Assembly: GCA_002269645.1 (NCBI GenBank) | Contig: NIVC01001533.1 | Coordinates: 62,001-126,000, forward strand | DNA from: Macrostomum lignano | Taxonomy: Eukaryota | Reading direction: 5' to 3' | Length of the DNA stretch: 64,000 bases | Shown here: positions 23,805 through 35,803 of the stretch, in pieces | Position numbering within the stretch: the stretch's first letter is position 1 | How the letters are laid out: every line of letters starts with the position of its first letter | Notes under the pieces: generated by a model | What the model was told of the DNA's origin: nothing | Databases searched by the model: none | Seen by the model: only the letters and a program-made list of their open reading frames with translations | Made by a program: the position numbers and the translations under genes

Positions 23805-25020
23805 ATAAATAGCCAATCAAGTGGATAAAAAGCCAACCCAGTGGATAAATAGCCAATCAAGTGGATAAATAGCCAACCCAGTGGATAAATAGCCAATCAA
23901 GTGAATAAATAGCCAATCAAGTGGATAAAAAGCCAATCAAGTGAATAAATAGCTTATCAAGTGAATAAATAGCCAATCAAGTGGATAAATAGCCAATCAA
24001 GTGAATAAATAGCCAATCAAGTGGATAAAAAGCCAATCAAGTGAATAAATAGCTTATCAAGTGAATAAATAGCCAATCAAGTGGATAAATAGCCAATCAA
24101 GTGAATAAATAGCCAATCAAGTGGATAAATAGCTAATCAAGTGGATAAATAGCCAATCAAGTGGATAAATAGCCAATCAAGTGAATAAATAGCCAATCAA
24201 GTGGATAAAAAGCCAATCAAGTGGATAAATAGCCAATCAAGTGAATAAATAGCCAATCAAGTGGATAAATAGCCAATCAAGTGAATAAATAGCCAATCAA
24301 GTGGATAAATAGCTAATCAAGTGGATAAATAGCCAATCAAGTGGATAAATAGCTAATCAAGTGGATAAATAGCTAATCAAGTGAATAAATAGCCAATCAA
24401 GTGGATAAATAGCCAATCAAGTGGATAAATAGCCAATCAAGTGGATAAATAGCCAATCAAGTGAATAAATAGCCAATCAAGTGAATAAATAGCCAATCAA
24501 GTGGATAAATAGCCAATCAAGTGGATAAATAGCCAATCAAGTGAATAAATAGCCAATCAAGTGAATAAATAGCCAATCAAGTGGATAAATAGCCAATCAA
24601 GTGAATAAATAGCTAATCAAGTGGATAAAAAGCCAATCAAGTGAATAAATAGCCAATCAAGTGAATAAATAGCCAATCAAGTGGATAAATAGCCAATCAA
24701 GTGGATAAATAGCCAATCAAGTGAATAAATAGCTAATCAAGTGGATAAAAAGCCAATCAAGTGGATAAATAGCCAATCAAGTGGATAAATAGCCAATCAA
24801 GTGAATAAATAGCCAATCAAGTGAATAAATAGCCAATCAAGTGAATAAATAGCCAATCAAGTGAATAAATAGCCAATCAAGTGGATAAATAGCCAATCAA
24901 GTGGATAAATAGCCAATCAAGTGGATAAATAGCCAATCAAGTGGATAAATAGCCAATCAAGTGAATAAATAGCTTATCAAGTGAATAAATAGCCAATCAA
25001 GTGGATAAAAAGCCAATCTG
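23805..25020 (+). repeat. 20-bp satellite (AAATAGCCAATCAAGTGGAT), ~60 copies, bracketed by ~34-bp inverted repeats
   Basis: Direct inspection; inverted-repeat arms at 23775-23808 and 25037-25071. Confidence 0.97.
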
Positions 25021-25649
25021 CACTTGATCTGCTTAATTATCAACTTCACTGACAAAAGCAATACTACTAATACATAAACAGCTACAAGTTGAAGGGCGCT
25101 TCACCTCTGAAATAGTGTAATTTTCACTGGAAGCCGTGATAGGAAGTTACCATAGGAGTTACCAATTATAAAAAAGTTGTTCAACAAGTTTTTAAATGCT
25201 AGTTGAGACCGGCACACATGAAATTTTGCTTGAGAATTTCAAATTTGAGATACTGCCAACTCTGTTGCTAAATAAACTGAAAACCTCCTATCTCGCAAAT
25301 GCATTTTTCTGCAAAGAAGAATCAGTGAAATTTGTTGTGAATTTCTAGTGCAGCGCCCACCTACCTTAGCTGTCCATCCATCTACTAATGATAATAAATA
25401 TTAAATAAAATATGCTACCATACGTGTTGGATCATCCCTGCTTTAATTTTGCAGTTCTCTGTTGTAAATTTTTTTGCGTTTGAAAGTTTCAAAAGGGTTT
25501 GAAAGGGTTTGTCACCTATTAAAACTCATGGAACTTAATTCTATGCTTCTATTATATTTTTATTCAGTTTTTATCCTGTTACTGGCACTACACTAATCTG
25601 TGCTATTTGTAAGAACTAACACGCACACTGCGCTAAGTCTTTACTCTTG

Positions 25650-26444
25650 ACCGTTGAAAACGCCTCAAAGAATCGCTAAAGAGTCATTGCAAACAGCGAC
25701 TCGCAGATAAAACGCCTCAAAGAATCGCTAAAGAGTCATTGCAAACAGCGACTCGCAGATAAAACGCCTCAAAGAATCGCTAAAGAGTCATTGCAAACAG
25801 CGACTCGCAGATAAAACGCCTCAAAGAATCGCTAAAGAGTCATTGCAAACAGCGACTCGCAGATAAAACGCCTCAAAGAATCGCTAAAGAGTCATTGCAA
25901 ACAGCGACTCGCAGATAAAACGCCTCAAAGAATCGCTAAAGAGTCATTGCAAACAGCGACTCGCAGATAAAACGCCTCAAAGAATCGCTAAAGAGTCATT
26001 GCAAACAGCGACTCGCAGATAAAACGCCTCAAAGAATCGCTAAAGAGTCATTGCAAACAGCGACTCGCAGATAAAACGCCTCAAAGAATCGCTAAAGAGT
26101 CATTGCAAACAGCGACTCGCAGATAAAACGCCTCAAAGAATCGCTAAAGAGTCATTGCAAACAGCGACTCGCAGATAAAACGCCTCAAAGAATCGCTAAA
26201 GAGTCATTGCAAACAGCGACTCGCAGATAAAACGCCTCAAAGAATCGCTAAAGAGTCATTGCAAACAGCGACTCGCAGATAAAACGCCTCAAATTGACTC
26301 TTAGGCGACTCTTTGACGACTTCTTGGCGGCTTAGTACCATGGCATCGTTTTAGAGTCGCCTATAGAGTCACTTTCATATTTTACTTGTGTTACCTGCCG
26401 TGACTCTTAAGACGATTCTTGGTCTAAATACTGTTTTCAGCGGG
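25650..26444. mobile_element. Probable non-autonomous DNA element containing 12 perfect 52-bp repeats
   Basis: 52-bp unit starts at 25657 and runs identically to ~26292. Ends ACCGTTGAAAA / TTTTCAGCGGG form imperfect TIRs. GACTC/GAGTC motifs occur in both orientations. No clear TSD. The array is certain; the element call is not. Confidence 0.5.
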
Positions 26445-26994
26445 ATGAGGATAATTAGGCACTGACAGGCATTCCCCCCCCTGTCACTTGCCAAGTTAAA
26501 TTTCATTTTCTGATCGATTCTTATTGTAGATTTTTGTTGCGTTATGTGTATGCAAGATTTCTTTATCAGTAGTCATGTTGATAAAATTGGTCTATTTGGA
26601 TTTGAATGTATAATAACTAAATTCATTTTTCTATGATACACTAATTATTTTAGTTTTGCCTCTGGTTCCTTCTCTCCCCTGATTCTGATGCTTTTTTGTT
26701 TCCAATTTTCTGTTGCAGTTTGTGTCGCATCGATTGGTATAAGCCAACTATATTTTGGTTTTAGAGCACTGCTCACACTGGCTTTGGGTAAAGCTGTCAG
26801 TAAATATTCCTGTCTATCCAAGTGTATACGACTTAAAAACTATGGTTAAATATATTAATTGCTTTTCAAGGTGGACAAGCCAAATTTGTCATGCCCAATA
26901 GGAGCTAACACGTTTGATTTTGTTGCTTAGGTATTATTTTCTTTTCAATTTTGAATGCAGTTGAGCAGACAGAGGGATGCTTAAGCCTCTGTCC

Positions 26995-28330
26995 CTCCTT
27001 GCCCTCGCCCCAACCCAAGGAATCGTCCCCTGCCCCAACCCAAGGAATCGCCCCCTGCCCCAACCCAAGGAATCGCCTCCGCCTGCCCCAACCCAAAGAA
27101 TCACCCCCTGCTCAACCCAAGGAATCGCCCCCTGCCCCAACCCAAGGAATCGCCCCCTGCCCCAACCCAAGGAATCGCCCCCTTCCCCAACCCAAGGCAT
27201 CGCCTCCGCCTGCCCCAACCCAAGGAATCGCCCCCCCTTCCCCAACCCAAGGCATCGCCTCCGCCTGCCCCAACCCAAGGAATCGCCCCCTTCCCCAACC
27301 CAAGGCATCGCCTCCGCCTGCCCCAACCCAAGGAATCGCCCCCTTCCCCAACCCAAGGCATCGCCTCCGCCTGCCCCAACCCAAGGAATCGCCCCCCCTT
27401 CCCCAACCCAAGGCATCGCCTCCGCCTGCCCCAACCCAAGGAATCGCCCCCCCTTCCCCAACCCAAGGCATCGCCTCCGCCTGCCCCAACCCAAGGAATC
27501 GCCCCCCTTCCCCAACCCAAGGCATCGCCTCCGCCTGCCCCAACCCAAGGAATCGCCCCCCCCCCTGCCCCAACCCAAAGAATCACCCCCTGCTCAACCC
27601 AAGGAATCGCCCCCTGCCCCAACCCAAGGAATCGCCCCCTGCCCCAACCCAAGGAATCGCCCCCTTCCCCAACCCAAGGAATCGCCCCCTGCCCCAACCC
27701 AAGGAATCGCCTCCGCCTGCCCCAACCCAAAGAATCACCCCCTGCTCAACCCAAGGAATCGCCCCCTGCCCCAACCCAAGGAATCGCCCCCTGCCCCAAC
27801 CCAAGGAATCGCCCCCCCCTGCCCCAACCCAAGGAATCGCCCCCCCCTGCCTCAACCCAAGGAATCGTCCCCTGCCCCAACCCAAGGAATCGCCCCCCCG
27901 CCTCAACCCAAGGAATCGTCCCCTGCCCCAACCCAAGGAATCGCCCCCTGCCCCAACCCAAGGAATCGCCTCCGCCTGCCCCAACCCAAAGAATCACCCC
28001 TGCTCAACCCAAGGAATCGCCCCCCCCCCGCCTCAACCCAAGGAATCGTCCCCTGCCCCAACCCAAGGAATCGCCCCCTGCCCCAACCCAAGGAATCGCC
28101 TCCGCCTGCCCCAACCCAAAGAATCACCCCCTGCTCAACCTAAGGAATCGCCCCCTGCCCCAACCCAAGGAATCGCCCCCTGCCCCAACCCAAGGAATCG
28201 CCTCCGCCTGCCCCAACCCAAAGAATCACCCCCTGCTCAACCCAAGGAATCGCCCCCGCCCCAACCCAAGGAATCGCCCCCTGCCCCAACCCAAGGAATC
28301 GCCCCCTGCCCCAACCCAAGGAATCGCCGG
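26995..28330 (+). repeat. C-rich ~25-28-bp minisatellite (CCCCAACCCAAGGAATCGCCCCCTG), G-rich on the - strand
   Basis: Direct inspection; ends ~80 nt upstream of the iRhom ATG. Confidence 0.95.
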
Positions 28331-28410
28331 CAAGCCTTTATAAGTTTATTTACAAATTGGCGGGCTTGAGAAACAGGTGACCTAATTTTCCTACTTTGAA
28401 ACCTGTTATC

Positions 28411-31400
28411 ATGCTCGAGCCCCGCATGGCAACTAACCAGCTGCAGCCCGGCAGCGACTCGGCATCCTCCTCCAATGCGGGCGCTGATGACGAGGAGAAG
28501 CTGCAGTTCCTCATGTCAGACCCGGAGGCGTCGCCGGACTTGGACGAACTGGGCTCGCCGTTGCCTCCGCTGCCGTTCGCCTCATCGGCCTCAGCGTCGG
28601 CGTCTCAGCCAGCTTCTGTGTCGACCTCCTTCGCGTCGTCTTCCAGCGGTGGAATCTCGGGCCGACGGCAATTCGGCCACAGTCTGGTTATTCAGCAGCA
28701 GCAGCAGCCGTCTGCCATCGGCTCCGCGCCGGAAGCCACGGTCAGGCGCGAGCTGTCCCGACAGCACAGTCGGCATTCGACGTCGGCCGGCGCCGCAGCC
28801 GGCTCTACGCTGTCGCAGCGAGCCAAATCCGCCTGTCTGTCCGCTTTCGGCCTGGCCTTGGCCGGCGATCGCCGGGCAGCTGTATCGGACAAATGGAGCC
28901 AGCGCCGGCTCAACATGATGGCCAGCTACACCAGCGTACGCGTGGAGAAGCTTCAGCACCAGCAGCAGCAGCAGCAGCCGGTTGCCGAAGCCGCCGCCCC
29001 GGCTCGCCACCTGTCGTTCGGCTCGCCTCAGCTAGCCGAGCACGAGTCTGTGGGCACATCGGGCTCAACCGCCGCCTACTCTCTGGTTAATCGGCAGCTG
29101 TCCTCGCCATCAGTGCGAGTCTGTCACCATCACAGTCATAGTCATCAGCCTGTCGATTTTTCTGCCGACAGCGTCGACGAAGCCAATTTTAGCAGCGGCG
29201 GCGTCTCAACCGACGAGTTTCATTTCGAACGGCCCAGTGCGGTCTCCGCTCTGCTGCGCGGCACAGCCAGCGTTATCGCGTCGTCTTCGTTGTCATGGCG
29301 ACGGCAGGGACGCTATCCTAGGCCGGAGGCTGGCTCGGCCGGCGTTGATGCCGGCTCGTCGCCCATCACGGCTCGAACGGTTGAAATGGCCCAGATGAAC
29401 AACAGCTACGACGATGACAGCGAGGAGCCTGCGGCCGCCAGCGCCAGGCTCTACAGCAACGCCTCCAACTCGGGCGGCGGCAAACTTGTCCGCTCCACAG
29501 GCCTGGCCAGAATGCTGCGCAATGGCCAACAATCTGGCGGCGGATCTCAAGCGTTGCCAACTTCGTCAACAGCCGCGGCAACCGCCGCCACCACCTTGGA
29601 GACTCCGGCCGATGCCGCCGCTGCCGGGCCGCCGGCCCCCGCTACTGCCAGCCCGTTTGACAAGCAGTTCCGATCCTACGTGCGCTCCACCAAGAAACAG
29701 CAGCAGCAAACACAACCAGCCGGTGGCGGCGGCGGTGGTGGCGGCGGCACCGGATGCAGCCAAGGCCCAGCCAGCCTGTTGACCTGCTTCGGCATCCAGG
29801 TGCTTAACGATCCCAGCACTGTGGCGCTTCAGCGAGACATTGACCAGACCCTGCTGCATCGCCCGTTCTTCACTTATTGGATCACCCTGGTTCACGTGCT
29901 GGTGTTCTTTGGCACTCTGTTTACCTTCGGTTTTGCCCCGATTGGCGTTACTGTTTATAATACTCGGCTGGCAGAGATTATCACTAGGAATATGCTGTCT
30001 GCCAAGGTGAGCATCTTGGCCGTCGGATTTCATTGTTAAGCAAAGTTCAATTATCAGCGTTTCCTCTTAATCTCCCTCAGCCCTCTCTCCGCTCTTCTCT
30101 TTCCGCCCTTCTCTTTCCACCCTCTTTTCTGCCCTTCTCTCTCCGCCCTCCTCTTTCCACTTTCTCTATCCGCTCTCCTCATTCGGCCCTCCTCTTTCCG
30201 CCCTCCTCTTTCCGCCCTCCTCTTTCCGCCCTCCTCTTTCCGCCCTCCTCTTTCCGCCCTCCTCTTTCCGCCCTCCTCTTTCCGCCCTCTTCTTTCCGCC
30301 CTCCTCTTTCCGCCCTCCTCTTTCCGCCCTCCTCTTTCCGCCCTCCTCTTTCCGCCCTCCTCTTTCCGCCCTCCTCTTTCCGCCCTCCTCTTTCCGCCCT
30401 CTTCTTTCCGCCCTCCTCTTTCCGCCCTCCTCTTTCCGCCCTCCTCTTTACGCCCTCCTCTTTCCGCCCTCCTCTTTCCGCCCTCTTCTTTCCGCCCTCC
30501 TCTTTCCGCCCTCCTCTTTCCGCCCTCCTCTTTCCGCCCTCTTCTTTCCGCCCTCCTCTTTCCGCCCTCCTCTTTCCGCCCTCCTCTTTCCGCCCTCTTC
30601 TTTCCGCCCTCCTCTTTCCGCCCTCCTCTTTCCGCCCTCCTCTTTCCACCTTTCACTTTCCACCTTTATCTATCCGCCCTCCTCTTTTCGCCTTTCTCTA
30701 TCCCCCCTTCTCTTTCCACTCTCTTTACGGCCCGGCCCTCCTCCGCCCTTCTTCTTTCGGCCCTTCTCCATGTTCCTCTATCCGTCTTTCTCCTTCCACT
30801 TCTTTCTCTCCGCATCTCGTCCCCCAGATTCGCCACCCCGGTACATGTAGCTCAACTAGCTACATTCGCGCCCCCCTGCCCGCAGGTGTGCGCCATAGAC
30901 TATCACAACCTGTTCATCGGGCCGCGCATGTCGGACCTGATTCGAGTGGGCGCCAAGTACAGCCTGTGCATGCGCAGATATGAGAAGCTCTATAAGAACA
31001 TTCTGGAGCAGCAGCGCCGAGCCGAGAATCTCACCGGCTGTTGCATTCACAATGACGGCTCGGCCTGCTATCAGAGCTCCGCCCCCGGCTGCTCGCCATT
31101 TATGAGCACCTGGGTGAAATGGACTGCGGATAAGCCCGGTCCGGAAATTCGAATCAGCGGCCCCGTCTGCGGTCAGGATCCGCGCACCTGTCAGGAGCCG
31201 CGCTCAAACGGTTACCAGACCTGGCCGGATGACATCACCCGGTGGCCGAACTGTCTCCTGCCGGGGGCTTCCATCTCTGCCACCGATGAACCCAACCACC
31301 TTAACTGCCCGATCAGCGCCAGGCCCTGCTGCGTTGGGATCAAAGGTGCGATAAGCGTCACTCTGAGTACTGGGAGGAATCCCAGTTAATAGTTACTCTG

Positions 31401-34400
31401 AACACTCAAGAAATATCCCAAATTATCCTCACTCTGAGCACTCCGGAGAAATCCCAAATAATCCTCACTCTGAGCACTCCGGAGAAATCCCAAATAATCC
31501 TCACTCTGAGCACTCTGGAGAAATCCCAAATGATCCTCAATCTGAGCACTCTAGAGAAATCCCAAATGATCCTCAATCTGAGCACTCTGGAGAAATCCCA
31601 AATAATCCTCAATCTGAGCACTCCGGAGAAATCCCCAGTCTGAGCACTCTGGAGAAATCCCAAATAATCCTCACTCTGAGCACTCTGGAGAAATCCCAAA
31701 TAATCCTCACTCTGGCACTTTGTAGAAATCCCAAATAATCGTCACTCTGAGAACTTACTCTCAAGTTTCCCTACGTACCCTTCAGGCGAATGCGTCCTAA
31801 CAAGTCAGCACCGTTGCCAATTCCTACGCGGCACATTCTTTCCCGAGCATCACCTGTGCTCCCAGGTGAATTGCCTTAGCGACGCCTGCGGCATGCTGGG
31901 CGTCTCCGATAGGAACCACCCGAGCCAGTTCTACCGCCTGTTCACCAGCCTGTTCCTGCACGCCGGCCTCATCACCCTGGCCATCACCCTGCTGCACCAT
32001 CTGCTGTTTCTGCGCCGGCTGGAGCAGCTGGCCGGCTGGCACAGGACCGCCCTGATCTACATCGGCTCCGGCGTGATGGGCAACCTGGTGTCCATTAACT
32101 TCCTGCCCTACCTGGTGGATGTTGGCCCGACTAGTGCTCAGGTTTGAGTTCTTTTTGCTGCTTCAACTATCCAACTACAACTACCCAGACAATCGGCCCT
32201 GAACTACCCAGACAATCAGCCTTAAACTACCCAGAAATCAGCCTTAAACTACCCAGAAATCAGCCTTAAACTACCCAGAAATCAGCCTTAAACTACCCAG
32301 ACAATCAGCCTTAAACTACCCAGAAATCAGCCTTAAACTACCCAGACAATCAGCCTTAAACTACCCTGAGAATCAGCCTTAAACTACCCAGACAATCAGT
32401 CTTAAGCTAATAAAGGCAATTAAGGCAATTAATGCAATTAAAACTACCCAGGCAATCAGCCTTAAGCTACCCAGACAATCAGTCTGAAACTACCCAGGCA
32501 ATCAGCCTTAAGCTACCCAGACAATCAGTCTTAAACTACCCAGGCAATCAGCCTTAAGCTACCCAGACAATCAGTCTGAAACTACCCAGACAATCAGCCT
32601 TAAACTACCCAGACAATCAGTCTGAAACTACCCAGACAATCAGCCTTAAACTACCCTGAGAATCAGCCTTAAACTACCCAGACAATCAGCCTTAAGCTAC
32701 CCAGACAATCAGTCTGAAACTACCCAGACAATCAGCCTTAAGCTACCCAGACAATCAGTCTGAAACTACCCAGACAATCAGTCTTAAACTACCCAGACAA
32801 TCAGTCTGAAACTACCCAGACAATCAGTCTTAAACTACCCAGACAATCAGTCTGAAACTACCCAGACAATCAGCCTTAAACTACCCAGAAATCAGCCTTA
32901 AACTACCCAGACAATCAGCCTTAAACTACCCAGAAATCAGCCTTAAACTACCCAGACAATCAGCCTTAAACTACCCTGAGAATCAGCCTTAAACTACCCA
33001 GACAATCAGTCTTAAGCTAATAAAGGCAATTAAGGCAATTAATGCAATTAAAACTACCCAGGCAATCAGCCTTAAGCTACCCAGACAATCAGTCTTAAAC
33101 TACCCAGGCAATCAGCCTTAAGCTACCCAGACAATCAGTCTGAAACTACCCAGACAATCAGCCTTAAACTACCCAGACAATCAGCCTTAAGCTACCCAGA
33201 CAATCAGTCTGAAACTACCCAGACAATCAGCCTTAAACTACCCTGAGAATCAGCCTTAAACTACCCAGACAATCAGCCTTAAGCTACCCAGACAATCAGT
33301 CTGAAACTACCCAGACAATCAGCCTTAAGCTACCCAGACAATCAGTCTGAAACTACCCAGACAATCAGTCTTAAACTACCCAGACAATCAGTCTGAAACT
33401 ACCCAGACAATCAGTCTTAAACTACCCAGACAATCAGTCTGAAACTACCCAGACAATCAGCCTTAAACTACCCTGAGAATCAGCCTTAAACTACCCAGAC
33501 AATCAGCCTTAAGCTACCCAGACAATCAGTCTGAAACTACCCAGACAATCAGTCTTAAACTACCCAGACAATCAGTCTGAAACTACCAAGACAATCAGCC
33601 TTAAACTACCCTGAGAATCAGCCTTAAACTACCCAGACAATCAGCCTTAAACTACCCTGAGAGTCAGTCTGAAACTACCCAGACAATCAGCCTTAAACTA
33701 CCCTGAGAGTCAGTCTGAAACTACCCAGACAATCAGCCTTAAACTACCCAGGCAATCAGCCTTAAGCTACCCAGACAATCAGCCTTAAACTACCCTGAGA
33801 GTCAGTCTGAAACTACCCAGACAATCAGCCTTAAACTACCCTGAGAATCAGTCTGAAACTACCCAGACAATCAGCCTTAAACTACCCAGGCAATCAGCCT
33901 TAAGCTACCCAGGCAATCAGCCTTAAACTACCCAGACAATCAGTCTGAAACTACCCAGACAATCAGCCTTAAACTACCCTGAGAATCAGCCTTAAACTAC
34001 CCAGACAATCAGCCTTAAGCTACCCAGACAATCAGTCTGAAACTACCCAGACAATCAGCCTTAAGCTACCCAGACAATCAGTCTGAAACTACCCAGACAA
34101 TCAGCCTTAAACTACCCAGACAATCAGTCTGAAACTACCAAGACAATCAGCCTTAAACTACCCTGAGAATCAGCCTTAAACTACCCAGACAATCAGCCTT
34201 AAACTACCCTGAGAGTCAGTCTGAAACTACCCAGACAATCAGCCTTAAACTACCCTGAGAGTCAGTCTGAAACTACCCAGACAATCAGCCTTAAACTACC
34301 CAGGCAATCAGCCTTAAGCTACCCAGGCAATCAGCCTTAAACTACCCAGGCAATCAGCCTTAAGCTACTCAGGCAATCAGCCTTAAACTACCCAGACAAT

Positions 34401-35803
34401 CAGCCTTAAACTACCCTGAGAGTCAGTCTGAAACTACCCAGACAATCAGCCTTAAACTACCCAGGCAATCAGCCTTAAGCTACCCTGAGAATCAGTCTGA
34501 AACTATCAAGACAATCAGCCTTAAGCTACCCAGGCAATCAGCCTTAAACTACCCAGACAATCAGCCTTAAACTACCCTGAGAATCAGTCTGAAACTACCC
34601 AGACAATCAGCCTTAAGCTACCCTGAGAATCAGTCTGAAACTACCAAGACAATCAGCCTTAAGCTACCCAGGCAATCAGCCTTAAACTACCCAGACAATC
34701 AGCCTTAAACTACCCTGAGAATCAGTCTGAAACTACCCAGACAATCAGCCTTAAGCTACCCTGAGAATCAGTCTGAAACTACCAAGACAATCAGCCTTAA
34801 GCTACCCAGGCAATCAGCCTTAAACTACCCAGACAATCAGCCTTAAACTACCCAGACAATCAGTCTTAAACTACCGAGACAATCAGCCTTAAACTACCCT
34901 GAGAATCAGTCTGAAACTACCAAGACAATCAGCCTTAAGCTACCCAGGCAATCAGTCTTAAACTACCGAGACAATCAGCCTTAAACTACCCTGAGAATCA
35001 GTCTGAAACTACCAAGACAATCAGCCTTAAGCTACCCAGGCAATCAGCCTTAAACTACCCAGACAATCAGCCTTAAACTACCCTGAGAATCAGTCTGAAA
35101 CTACCCAGACAATCAGCCTTAAGCTACCCAGACAATCAGTCTTAAACTACCCAGAGAATCAGCCTTAAACTACCCTGAGAATCAGTCTGAAACTACCCAG
35201 ACAATCAGCCTTAAACTACCCTGAGAATCAGTCTTAAACTACCCAGACAATCAGCCTTAAACTACCCTGAGAGTCAGTCTGAAACTACCCAGAGAATCGG
35301 CCCTGAACTACCCCACGCAGGTTGGCTCGCTGGCGCCAATCCTGATCGAGTTCGGCATGTCCTGGCGATTCGTCACCAACCGCGCCAGATCCGTGGCCAT
35401 CTTCCTGCTGGCATTTGCGGTCCTGATAGGCCTGGGCCTTTTCCCCTGGTTCGACAACTTCGCCAATCTGGGCGGCCTGGCCTCCGGCTGCCTGCTGTCG
35501 GTGGTGCTGCTGCCGTACATTCACCGCGGCAGCACTGAGCAGAGCGCCTATCGATGCCGGCTGATCAGCGTCTGCGTCTGCTCGCTTATCTGGCTCGGCA
35601 CCTGTCTACTGTTTGGCGCCATTTTCTACTTGGCGCCAGTGAGCTCCTGCAGCTGGTGCGTGTATTTCAACTGCGCGCCGAAATGGTTCGAGTCGAATTT
35701 TAGGGAGAAAACTTTTGTCGATTATTGCGGCAACGCCGATCTTAATCGTCTGGAGCCGACTAGGTGCATTGAACGGTTCAATACTGACATGGGGCACTTG
35801 TGA
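28411..35803 (+). CDS. RHBDF1: Inactive rhomboid protein (iRhom, RHBDF1/2-like), 4 exons, ~964 aa
   Basis: Exons 28411-30006, 30886-31345, 31786-32141 and 35321-35803 join in frame through GT-AG introns. Motifs: RPFFTYWIT (TM1), FIGP..LIRVGAKYSLCMR, the Cys-rich iRhom homology domain (GCCIHNDGSACYQ, GPVCGQDPRTC, PCCVGIKGEC), QFYRLFTSLFLHAG, VGP in place of the GxS catalytic motif, and PWFDN. The start codon is the least certain part. Confidence 0.92.
30180..30650 (+). repeat. 14-bp pyrimidine-rich repeat (CCGCCCTCCTCTTT)n in iRhom intron 1
   Basis: Direct inspection. Confidence 0.95.
31395..31750 (+). repeat. 36-bp minisatellite in iRhom intron 2 (CACTCTGGAGAAATCCCAAATAATCCTCACTCTGAG), ~9 copies
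   Basis: Direct inspection; 12-aa periodicity in the antisense ORF. Confidence 0.93.
32181..35313 (+). repeat. 23-bp satellite (CAGACAATCAGCCTTAAACTACC), ~135 copies, in iRhom intron 3
   Basis: Fills nearly the whole 3.18-kb intron. An AT-rich interruption is duplicated at 32409-32441 and 33019-33051. Confidence 0.97.

Noticed and set aside
26905-28369. Pro-rich and Gly-rich ORFs up to 472 aa
   Set aside because: Artefacts of the C-rich minisatellite with variable C-run lengths.
30033-30983. PPSSFRPPLSALLF and antisense EGGKRRAERGGRK ORFs
   Set aside because: Intronic 14-bp repeat; splice sites at 30006/30886 give the conserved iRhom frame.
18430-35313. Regular 20-52-bp repeat arrays as possible CRISPR loci
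   Set aside because: Units are head-to-tail with no unique spacers, there are no cas genes, and the context is eukaryotic.
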